IMG/VR virus record: IMGVR_UViG_3300034105_002081
Span: 1 to 64,000 of that record
Length of the DNA stretch: 64,000 bases
Reading direction: 5' to 3' (one strand)
From: an uncultured virus (IMG/VR IMGVR_UViG_3300034105_002081)
Lineage: Duplodnaviria; Heunggongvirae; Uroviricota; Caudoviricetes
This document shows, piece by piece, positions 1-10,285 of the stretch. The notes beneath the pieces were generated by a model that was not told where the DNA came from, ran no database searches, and saw nothing but the letters and a program-made list of their open reading frames with translations. Position 1 is the first letter of the stretch; each line of letters begins with the position of its first letter. Position numbers and translations under genes: made by a program.

Positions 1-251
1 TTGTTAACGAATATGGTCAAGCAGCAGCAAGATCAATCTATGGTTGCGAACTCCTCAATGAGGGCTCAGGAGCATCAATGGATGACATCGTAATTGAAGA
101 GACAATGACTTATGTTGCTCGTGAAATTGGTCCTATGTATAGAATCGCTACAGATCAGCTTCATAGAATGAATACTGAAGATCTTAACTCGATCATCAGT
201 AGAGACGCTGTATCTTCATCTGCGCTTAATTCAGAGATTATACGTCCATAA
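1..251 (+). CDS. Tail tube-like virion protein, 5'-truncated at window edge
   Basis: Manual translation from nt 3: VNEYGQAAARSIYGCELLNEGSGASMDDIVIEETMTYVAREI..., ending TAA 249-251. It aligns with the C-terminal half of 339..1103 (FNEYGMAAKMKIFGVTIVDEGQTMSIDDLITEQTYMFMARGI). The tube assignment is inferred from gene order. Confidence 0.65.
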   Translation, partial: VNEYGQAAARSIYGCELLNEGSGASMDDIVIEETMTYVAREIGPMYRIATDQLHRMNTEDLNSIISRDAVSSSALNSEIIRP

Positions 252-275
252 TTTAATAAACAATAAAAAGAGTAT

Positions 276-320
276 AAAGATAGTGGAGGATGGGTTAAAC
301 TTGTTCTCCACTATCTTTTT
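276..320 (+). terminator. Intrinsic terminator-like hairpin
   Basis: AAAGATAGTGGAG (276-288) pairs perfectly with CTCCACTATCTTT (306-318), running into a T tract; intergenic. Confidence 0.75.
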
Positions 321-338
321 CTATACAAAGGACACACA

Positions 339-1103
339 ATGGCAGATCCAGATCTTCCCCGCTATTTAGACATAGACGAATTGACTAGCCTAACTACTAG
401 GAGTAGAAGAGCTACAAATTACGGTAATACTATTAAGAAATTTAGAAATGACAATGGTTTACCAGATCCTTTTTCGGATATGTCATTTTCTGGCTCAGAC
501 ATTATGGCAACACTTGTTATTCCTAAAATTGGACCAAATGGGATATCAGAAGACCAAGGTGATGTTATAGAGTTAGCGGAATTACAAACAATAAGCTATT
601 CTATGCACAGGGAAAATTCACCTGTAAGAACCTTGGGGCACGTAAACCCAAGAGGTTTTGTCAAAGGAGCCAGAACAATAGCTGGATCAATGATATTTAC
701 AGTGTTTAACGAGTATGCTTTTTACAGAATAGACAATTTCAAAAAAGCATTAGCTCAAACTAGAGGATTTTATTCTCCAGTAGCAGATATGTTACCACCA
801 TTTGATATAGTATTTAGCTTCTTCAATGAATATGGTATGGCTGCTAAAATGAAAATATTTGGAGTAACAATAGTCGATGAAGGTCAAACAATGTCTATTG
901 ACGACCTTATCACCGAACAGACATACATGTTTATGGCTAGAGGAATACAACCATTGATACAATTAGACCCAGCAGATGATGAGATTAGATATCCTCAGCA
1001 ATTAGCGGCAGAAAAAGCTGAAAGACTTCAAATTTCAAACAATGCTTTTGGTGACTCAGTAGTTTCTGACTATAAAAACTTTATAGACATAATTCAAAGA
1101 TAG
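339..1103 (+). CDS. Tail tube-like virion structural protein
   Basis: 254 aa with FSGSDI, ELQTISYS, RGFVKGARTIAGSMIFTVF and LPPFDI..NEYG motifs; paralog of both neighbours; AAGGA Shine-Dalgarno. Confidence 0.65.
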   Translation: MADPDLPRYLDIDELTSLTTRSRRATNYGNTIKKFRNDNGLPDPFSDMSFSGSDIMATLVIPKIGPNGISEDQGDVIELAELQTISYSMHRENSPVRTLGHVNPRGFVKGARTIAGSMIFTVFNEYAFYRIDNFKKALAQTRGFYSPVADMLPPFDIVFSFFNEYGMAAKMKIFGVTIVDEGQTMSIDDLITEQTYMFMARGIQPLIQLDPADDEIRYPQQLAAEKAERLQISNNAFGDSVVSDYKNFIDIIQR

Positions 1104-1110
1104 GTATAAA

Positions 1111-2160
1111 ATGGCAGCACCATATAGACCATTTAGTGGTTATATTCCATACGGGCAGGTTGTTAATAACAAACTAGCAGGAGCTGGAACAACTTTTGAT
1201 CCACTATCCAATGATATAGATTTGGTTTGGGCAGGTGGAAAAGACTCAAATGAAAAAACTTTTAGTAGCTATTATGACTATTATTTTTCTGGTGAAGACG
1301 TAAAGGTATACATTGATGGTTTATTTGACCCTAAGGATGAATTAGATATACAGGGTTTAGCTTTTGCTATTGAACAGCAAAAAACTCCACTATATGGATT
1401 CTGGTCTTATAATTTTGATGCAATGATGTTAGGCACTAGAGGCGTAGCAGGAGTAATCAGCGTATTTACGCGTTATCCTAGAAGAATGACAGATCTGCTT
1501 GAAAAAGCAGCTCAAGTCAGAGTCAATTCAGCTTCTTCAAAAACCAATGTAGGAAGTGTTGTTTCTTCCCTAAGATCTCAAACAGAATCTTCTATAGATG
1601 AAGAGAATGTATCAAAATACTGGGGATATAGCCAATTAGATAGAGTGACCACTAGTGCGGTCAACCCAGCTTTAGCAGACAATGTTCAAGGTGGATATGC
1701 AAATGGTGACCACAATATTTTTAGTGCCCATCCCCCATTTAATCTAGTTATAATGTATGGAGTTCAGGATTCAAGCTTAACTACTATTGGCGCAACTGAT
1801 AATTCTAGTTCTGCAGACATAGAAAGAATGAACAATCTAGATAGAATAATGGTTACGGATGTAAATCAAAGAACCGTAAAGTTAAGCACTAATCAAAATC
1901 CAATGAAGATTATTATACAAAATGTTCACTTAACTAAGATGTCAACGCAATACCAAGCTGCAGGCGGAGCCTTAGTTGAGCAGTATTCTTTTATGGCAAG
2001 AGATTATTACTTTTCAAATGCCAATATTAGAAATGGATCAGATAGAGCTAATGTTACAACAGTACCAAATACAACCAATACTGTTCCAGCTAATAATGTT
2101 GGAGAAGAAGTCCAAAATCCAATGGTTAATATAAACTTCCAAGGATTAGGAACACTTTAG
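1111..2160 (+). CDS. Tail tube-like / tube-initiator structural protein
   Basis: 349 aa; shares YFSGED, PPFN and EQYSFMARD motifs with 339..1103 (FSGSD, PPFD, EQTYMFMARG). Confidence 0.55.
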   Translation: MAAPYRPFSGYIPYGQVVNNKLAGAGTTFDPLSNDIDLVWAGGKDSNEKTFSSYYDYYFSGEDVKVYIDGLFDPKDELDIQGLAFAIEQQKTPLYGFWSYNFDAMMLGTRGVAGVISVFTRYPRRMTDLLEKAAQVRVNSASSKTNVGSVVSSLRSQTESSIDEENVSKYWGYSQLDRVTTSAVNPALADNVQGGYANGDHNIFSAHPPFNLVIMYGVQDSSLTTIGATDNSSSADIERMNNLDRIMVTDVNQRTVKLSTNQNPMKIIIQNVHLTKMSTQYQAAGGALVEQYSFMARDYYFSNANIRNGSDRANVTTVPNTTNTVPANNVGEEVQNPMVNINFQGLGTL

Positions 2161-2178
2161 CCAAAAACTGATAATATA

Positions 2179-2187
2179 TGATATAAT
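2179..2187 (+). promoter_or_regulatory. Extended -10 promoter element (TGATATAAT)
   Basis: Perfect TGnTATAAT in the intergenic gap upstream of AAAGGAG and ATG 2214. Confidence 0.5.
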
Positions 2188-2213
2188 GAATGATATTTAA
2201 TAAAGGAGTTTTA

Positions 2214-2753
2214 ATGTCAGAGAATAGAAAAGTTATCGTTAAGAATAATGATGAGAATTTAGCAGAAATGGCGTCTGCAGATTACGCAGAAGTTTATTCA
2301 GTCAAAGATGCCCCAGAAGGGGATGATGAAGTCGTAGTAAGATCAGACATGGTAGAAGATCCCGCAGAAGCAACTTCTGTAGATCAGCTTGAAGACGATG
2401 TCGAGATATTCGAAGATGGTCCAACCGCAGGCCAAGTAAAAGCCTGGAAAAAAATGCATGGAGAAGTATACGTTACTTCCATCTCCTTTGATAAGCATAT
2501 AATTTGGAGAGTGCTTTCTAGAATTGAATACAAGCAATTAGTAAAGAAGATGGAACAGCTTATCCAGGCTGGTCAGATGTCTCAGGCCGAAGCTAATATG
2601 TGGAATGAGGAAGCTATTTCAGAACTGTGCATACTTTACCCATCTTACGATAAAAGATCGCTTACAGAGGACATGGCAGGCCTCCCATCGCTTATCTCAC
2701 AAGAGGTACTTGAAGCTTCAGGCTTCGTAGCCTTAGAGGTAAGACAACTATAA
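2214..2753 (+). CDS. Putative tail assembly chaperone 1
   Basis: Acidic protein between the tube genes and the giant tail gene; WKKMHGEVY...ILYP...AGLPSLISQEVLEASGF. Start moved from 2190 to ATG 2214, which follows AAAGGAG. Confidence 0.55.
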   Translation: MSENRKVIVKNNDENLAEMASADYAEVYSVKDAPEGDDEVVVRSDMVEDPAEATSVDQLEDDVEIFEDGPTAGQVKAWKKMHGEVYVTSISFDKHIIWRVLSRIEYKQLVKKMEQLIQAGQMSQAEANMWNEEAISELCILYPSYDKRSLTEDMAGLPSLISQEVLEASGFVALEVRQL

Positions 2754-2754
2754 A

Positions 2755-3385
2755 ATGTTAGATCCAGAATCATTATATTCCTTAAAGCAGAAATATGGTT
2801 CTATATTTAATGTTACAATAAAACGGAAAAGAATATTATTTTAAAGAATTAAATTTTTCCGAATTTGATAAAGTTGCGGAATATAGAAATAATTCTGACT
2901 ATTCCTCTGCCGATATAGAGGACATCATATTGCTATCCTCGATAGTTCATCCTGAAGAGTTTGATATAAACCAGATTCCTCCAGGAGCAGTATCTTCTCT
3001 ATGTGAAGAAATAATACAATTTTCTGGTTTCTCTTCTCCTAAAGTAGCTAAAATGATTTTAGAGCAAAAAAGAGAAAAAGCTTCTTCTGTTAGAAGCTTA
3101 ATGAAAGCCTTTGTTTTGGCTACTATACATACATATACCCCAGAGTTTTTAGATGGTTTAACATATTCTCAATTGGCAGAAAGAGTAGCTCTAGCTGAAA
3201 AAATTATAGAGATACAACAAGCTACCGCTGGTATGGAATCTACAAATGTAACTTTGGCATTAATAGATCCCGAAGAAGAAAAACAAAAAGAAGCAGAGAA
3301 AGCTTCTAGATACAATGCCTCCAGAAAAGAAGGAGAGGCAGCGTATGAAGACCCAATTGCTAGAAAGCTTATGGGCAGAGGTTAG
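2755..3385 (+). CDS. Putative tail assembly chaperone 2 (paralog of chaperone 1); needs +1 shift at CGG 2824; about 209 aa fused
   Basis: ATG 2755 sits directly after the previous stop and reads MLDPESLYSLKQKYGSIFNVTIK-CGG, closing at TAA 2842. The +1 frame continues GKEYYFKELNFSEF... into track ORF 2930..3385. Similarity to chaperone 1 spans the junction. Confidence 0.7.
2824..2827 (+). other. +1 recoding site 1 (AAA CGG-A AAA)
   Basis: In-frame CGG; stops in the two frames confine the shift to 2822-2841. Confidence 0.75.
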
Positions 3386-3409
3386 TACATAAAAGATTAA
3401 AAGGTATTT

Positions 3410-6400
3410 ATGCAAAGGGACAGCCAACCAATACATAATATAGGTTTTGGTGTTACTTCTCGTGACCTTAGAAATCAAAATGGACAAAAAGATAACCCAT
3501 CACCAAATTCTGGTTTTATAGAACAAGCGTTGCATGGGCATCCAGCTTTAAAAACAGCAACAGCATTTATCGCTACAGGATTAGCCGTTCATTATTCGGG
3601 AGCCTTTTTTAGACAAGGCGGGATGAAGCTTGGCTTTAAATTATCTCAAGCAGCAGCCGAAAATAGAAGTAGCGTTTTTGCAGGGTTAGAAAGAAACTTA
3701 CTTAAGGTAAGAAGTACCCTAGACCTACTAGAGGGTGTAGCTAGAGAAACCGCAGGAACTGAAAGATTAGTCTTTAACCTGGGTACAGATGTATCTCAAA
3801 ACTTATCAACTGGATATGGCGACAAGTCTTTTAGAAGAAGCTTTGGTTATGCTAGAGAGACAGGCACAGAGTGGGGTGCTAGGCAAGAAATGCAGTCTAA
3901 GCTCGTAAGAGCTGCTAGAAAATCACTGTATGAAGTCCCAGCCTTAATGGTGGCGAATAAAGTTCAAGATAAAATTACTGGACATGGTAAAGACGAACAA
4001 AATAATAGAGACAAAAAATGGTATAGTCCAACGTCTATTGTTACCGATTTAGGTAAGAGTTTTACTAGAGCTCTTACTGGTTATACTTTAGGCTATGCTA
4101 TTCCTGGGGCTGCTGCTGGTGTTGCTAAATCAAGCTCTCTTAATTTCTTTTATGAAACGGCAAATAATTGGGATTCTATTATCCAACAGTCTGCTGCGGG
4201 TATGTTTAGAGCCAAAGCCGCAAAGATGATGGTTGGTAGCGCAAAAGGCCTTCAGGCACTACTGCAAGAGGTTGGCCATGATGCAGCTGATTTACTAGGT
4301 AAGACAATTGATTTGTCTGCAAGGTCAACAGGAGCCTTAGCTGCTGGATGGATCGAGCAGAATAGAGAGCACGGAAGAAATACCGTAGCTCAATTATACC
4401 AAAATAGAAGAGGCTTGAATCCAACAACTTCAGATGCTAGCTCTATCAGTTCCGATATAGGAAGAAGAGAAAAAGCAAGATTTTTAGCCACTAGTCTTTT
4501 TGGCAGGAATAATCAAACAGTAGGAACTAAGGTTACAAACGAAGAACTGCTTAGTCTAATACCTGGTGCAAAATCTGTTATGAACAGTGCACAAGCCACA
4601 AAAGGTAAATACAGATTAGTAAAAGACGCTCAAACAATATTAAAAGACACTAGTCAACTTGACAACATCCTATTAAGGGGAACGGAAAGAGTTACAAGGG
4701 ATGCTGCTGGAGTTGGCTCTGCAGAATTGGCTGACCTTCACCTTATATACAAGGACTCTTTAGCTAGAACAATACAAGAATTGCAAATTAAATCTAATCA
4801 ACCTTTTGAAAGAATTGCTGATAGATTAAGCGCAATAACAAATGTAGGACGGAAAGTCTAGAGGACCAAGTAAAAAAAGTCTTTTAGATAGAGTAACAAA
4901 TGAAGAATATAAAAAAGTAGTTGAAAAAAACCTAATAGATACATATGGTATTGATAAGGAAACTGCAAAAAGATTTACTGATTCTCTTAAATTTGAAAAA
5001 GACCACCTAAAAACAGTTATTGGTTTAGGTCAAGGAGAAGAACTAATAGTCGTAGCTGCAGAGGAAAAAATAGCTATAGGTAGTCAGAAGATATTCCATG
5101 ATGACTTCTTTGCCGGTCTTATAGAAAAATTTAACTCATCAAAATATGCAAGAACAGCAAATAATTCATATAAATTAGATATAGACGCTCGCAATTTACA
5201 AAAAGTTTTCAAAACAGCAGACGAGGCATTAAAAGATGGAGATTTTAATGATTTAGTTAAACTTAAGGCTGATAAACTCCAAAATATAATGCTTCAAAGA
5301 GAATCAGACAATTTAACCTCAACCATATTAACTGAAGGAAGAATATTAAGTTCCGATTATACGGCAAATAAAGTTGGAAACGCTGAATTAAAATTTTTAT
5401 CACAACAAGCAGCAAAACACCTAGGGTGGAATAACAAAGGCAGTGCTGAACTATTCTTAATAGATAAAGGTATAGATCCATCAAATCTAGGACAACTAAG
5501 AGCCTACTTAATGGATCAAAAGATAATGACAACAGGTTCGCTAGAAGGTGGGCTTAGAGGTTATCTTGGTTTTAAAAAAATTAGTTTAGACGATCAACTT
5601 AAATCAGACAAAATAAGATTAGAATCATTAAGAAATAATAAAGACGTTCCTTTTCTAGACCCAGGCTTTATTGAAGATCAAGGGCAGATTTATAGTCAAA
5701 TCGAAAATTTTAAAGCAAGCATCACCAAGCCATCATCTCCAAAGCATAACATTTCTGGTAGATACAGATATGGTGAAGCAGGAAGATCTGGGTCTTTAGA
5801 TGTAAATCCAGTAATAGAAGCAGCTCAAAAGACGTTTGATTTTTTAACAAATGAGATTAAACTTCCTGTAGTTCACTTTAATCCACTATCACTATTGGGC
5901 GGTAAAGATTTATCTGCTATGAGAAAAGCGGGTGATTTTCAAATCATACCAGGAAGGTCTAATAACCCATTTGTAAGAAATGAAGCCGAAGGGGCAGAAC
6001 TATTAACGTGGAGCAGAACTGGTGGTTTCCTTGGCTCAAAAGGAGAGGTAAATGTTTATCGATTCAATGAAGCCACTGGCCAGATAGAGGCAGAAAAATT
6101 AGCAGGAAAATTTAGACCGTTATCTAGAGACTCTAAGTCGATGACAGGAAAAACTGCAGAGTTTGCATCAGGCGAAGGAAGAGTAAAACCAGAAAATGAT
6201 TCATTCCTAAAAACAGCATTAAATTTTGATCCAGAACAATCTCCTTCTGTCCCAAGATTTATCGGCAGAATGGTTAATAGGAAATTTGATATAAACAATG
6301 AAGCAGTCATGGCTAAGATCATTTCCGCAAAAGAAGGCGAAGAATTTAGCGTACCTGGATTTGGAAGAAGAAAAAAATTAATATTAAGTTCAGAAACATC

Positions 6401-9400
6401 TGGACAGGTTACTAGACAAACTTTATTAGATGCTAGAACTGGAGAAACTGTAGCATCGCATGCCGATTTGATGGAAGCTTTTACCGCTTTTGCGGATAGT
6501 ACATTCAATCAAGGAACTCCAAGAAAAGTTGCAGACCTACTCTTAGGTGAAAATACTATTCTTCCATATGCAGCAAGAGAAGCCGATAGATATGGTGAAA
6601 GCTTAATTAGAAATTTCAATACGGTAACTAATACTTCTCACGTTCAAAAAATAGTAGGAGGTTTCGAAGAAAGCATTAACGCACTTCACGAAACAGGTGT
6701 CCAGTTAGTTAAACAAGGTAAGGCAGATAAAGCAGAAAAGATTTTTGATCAATATGCAACTTTAAAAAAGGGTCATAATAGATTACTTCGATTTACAGAA
6801 ATGGATCAAGTCCAACTTTCTGCTGAATCCAGATTATTTGAAAATTCACCAAGTATTTTAACTAATTTAGATGAATTTAAATCAGAAGCAGTAAGATTAG
6901 CTATACAGCAAGAAGTTATCTTAGGACAAGAATTTGCTCCTGAGGTAATTAAAAGAATTTCCAGTGGAATTGATGATCTATATACTCAGGGAATCATAAC
7001 AGCAGCTCAAAGAGCAGAAGCGCAATCTTCTACAACATCTACTGTATTTAACTTAGCGGCATTTGAAACATACAACTTTGAAAAGGGAACAGATCTTATT
7101 GCTGGGATTCAAATTAACCCCGCAGAAAGATTTAGGGAAAGTAAAAGAATTCTTCAAGAGAATCCAGAACTATTGCGTCCTTTTACGGAAGGCTCAATTG
7201 CAGAACCAAGGTTATCTAAGCACTCAATTCCTATTCGCAAAGCTGCACCATTCGTAAAGAAATATTTTTCTCCAAGTAAATATAAATTTACAGATAATGT
7301 TTCTCCTATTTCTGGAGATTCAGAATATACGGTCATGCCAACCTTTTCAACGGCATTAAAAAGAAATCCTAAAGATACTCTATTAAGCGCAAGTGGAATA
7401 CGAACATATGGAAATGAAGAAGGTTTTTCATCTGGTTCTGTACCAATTTCGCACATGTCAGAAAGGCTTAATAGATTCTTTGGGACAGTGGGGGCTGGGG
7501 TAGATCCAAACGCTTATAGTGGCCCATTATCAATGTATGCAGCTGGTTATATGGGCCAAAGGGTTCTCCCTGGAATTGCTATAGCAACAACAGCTCTAGC
7601 CGTAGACAGAGAGCTTGGTGGTGCTGTTAATGATAGAGATGAAAATGGCAATAAAGTATACACACCCTTAGTAACAACTGGAGCAGCAAGAGTAGCAGTA
7701 GAAGCAAGAGCTATGATGTCAGCGATTACTCCTGGTGGAATGGATTACGCTCAAAAGAAAAACCAACTACTAGAAGGCGAAACAGCTGTAAGACAAGGCA
7801 GATGGTGGGCCTTAGGTAATACTCAGTTTAAAGGTGGAAAAATCCAATACTTTAGACCTTCTTGGTATAGAAGATTAAAATCAGCTGGAAAGTTTACACC
7901 AGAGGGTCTTGGGACCCCAATGGAAAACTTATTATACAACCAAGACTATTCTCCACTTAGACCAATAGATCCATATAGATTTGAACGTGAGCATTATGAG
8001 GATAGACCATATCCTTTAACTGGAGAATATTTCACTGGTCCATTTGGTGCTTTAACTCCAGCATTAAATATGACTGTTGGAAAAATACTTAAACCACAAA
8101 AGACAATGCATGAAGAAGAGGTAAATAGAGCCCTTGCCTCATACGAACCTGCTGGAGAATCAGGTGCATATCTAAGACAACAACGTACCATTTATGAGAA
8201 GTCTAACATGGTTCCAAACCCAGGAGTATCTTATCCAGCTGCGCCACCTTCTTCTCTCCCATTAAAACCAACAAAATTTGTACCAATAAACTCTAGCAGT
8301 AATGGGGATGGTTCTATTGCTGCAGCCAATCAAAGATATTCTAACGCAGCAGGGCCTACTGGAAGTGCAGCTCAAAGTGTAATAAAACAAATATCTTCTG
8401 CTAACAATTCACTATCAACAGGATATGGTTCTGATACTAAATCTAAAAAAATAAAAAGAACTAATAGAACAAGAGGCGAAAGTGTAGCTCAAGAAGTTAC
8501 TTATGGTCCACCATCAGGTCCAAAAATGATGCCTGAAAAAATTGTTTCAGCAGGAGCTCCTATAAGAACTGGATCTAATGAATATCAAGCTGGAGACTTA
8601 GGTTATAAATTACAAGAAACAGCTGGTATATATGGTTTTGGCTTTGGTCAAATTAGACAAAAATTAGGATTAGGGAAACAAGACTTAAGTCCAGATAGAG
8701 CAGTTTTGCAATCCGCTGACAAAGCGTATGGATCAACAAGAGCATTTTGGGACTTGAATCTTGGTGGAATGGGTGACATACCTCTTCCGTCTCAAGGCCC
8801 CTTGGGAAATATAGAATTATCAGAAATAGTAAGAAGACTTGTTCCTAGGGAAAGAACTGATGTTAGTTACCTAAACCCTATTAAAAATACAATGGGTAAA
8901 AAATATCCTTTCCTACCAGGAAGCGATAACTTCATAGATTTTACAACGGGAGATCCTTATACGAAAGTAGCAGAAGGAGAAATACGTTTACCTGGTATAG
9001 GGTATGAAAGATTCAATAAAATTTATCCAGGTAAAAATGGTAAATATGGAGCTGTCAATCAGTTAGATATATTAGCAGACGTTGCTCCGTTTTCTAGAGA
9101 GTTTAAGCAATTAGATAGAAGAGTAGATAAGATGGATCTTTCCGAAGAGGAAAGACAAAAAGTATCACAAATCAGGGCTCAAAAGAAAGCAATTCAAGAA
9201 TCTAAAGTTCAATTTGTTTCCTATAACCAAACTAAAGGTACAATTTCTAACGCAATCAAAAATCCTTTTTCTACAGCAAAAGAAGCTTTTTTACATACAG
9301 ACAACTTTATCAATAATAAGTTCACAGGTGAACAAAATGCAACAGAAAATTGGGAAAGAAAAAATGTATATGGTGCAACATTCCCAGAGTGGCAAAGACC

Positions 9401-10280
9401 AGTAGAAAGCTTTATTAAACCAATTTATTACAAAGGTACTCAAAGAAATCCTTTATTAGCTGGCGCAATTGGTGCAACAGTAGGCGCAAGTATCCTTGGT
9501 GGATCACGAAAGGGTAGAATTATTGGTGGCACCATCGGTGCATTAACGGTAGGTGGTTATTCAGCTGCCCATAAAATATCCAGTGCAGTTACTGGAAAAA
9601 GATTTATTCCACTTGAAAGAAAAAAAGAACTAGCATTAGAAGAATATTCAGATATATTAAATTACACCAAATACACTACAGCCGCAGCTAGAGCAAGACT
9701 AAATGGTGATGAACAAACCGCTAAAGAATATATGGCAGCATCTAGAAAGACAATGTATGGTACTAACTTGGATACTCCTTCAATAGATGTTTTAGCCGCA
9801 GGTATTCCTAAGAGGAAAAAAGATTATTTTAAAGAGATGATTACTGCTCCAGAACATGAAAGAAAAAATATATTATCAACAGCAGGTCGATTAGAAAGAA
9901 GAATCTATGAAGCTGCATGGGGAATGCCAGTAGAAAAAAAACCAGACTTAGTAGACTATTTCCAAACGCATGAACTTCCTGGCCCGAATTGGGAAGGATG
10001 GCACCCAAATACAAATATGGAACATGTTAAAATTAAAACTGGACAATCTATGGGTCTGGAAATGTCTCAAATGGGTTACTATCCACAACAGATAAAAGAA
10101 GCTAATTTAACAAATCCAAGTTATCCAGAATTTGGCAGTGGAAAAAAAATTAACTCCGCTAAGGAAGTAAGGCAAAAGTTACAAGCCTTAATGAATGACA
10201 ATGGAATTAACGGAAGAATGATTCCCGTTAAAAGATACAATAATGATAATAGAGTTAACGTTTCAGCAGGGATTAGGTAA
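3410..10280 (+). CDS. Giant tail protein, tape-measure-like; needs +1 shift at CGG 4850; about 2,289 aa fused
   Basis: ORF 3410..4861 plus a +1 frame open from 4848 that runs into ORF 5289..10280, filling the 430 nt apparent gap. It has Gly/Ala-rich hydrophobic segments and follows the chaperones. Confidence 0.65.
4850..4853 (+). other. +1 recoding site 2 (GGA CGG-A AAG)
   Basis: In-frame CGG; the window is only 4848-4858, between TAG 4845 (+1 frame) and TAG 4859 (0 frame). Confidence 0.8.
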
Positions 10281-10285
10281 TACTT

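Noticed and set aside
2730..2760. Classical -1 slippery tail-chaperone frameshift
   Set aside because: No X XXY YYZ heptamer before the stop at 2753; the next gene has its own ATG and is a full paralog.
4862..5288. Apparent 430 nt intergenic region (ncRNA or intron candidate)
   Set aside because: It is fully open in the frame of ORF 5289, and no RNA structure was evident.
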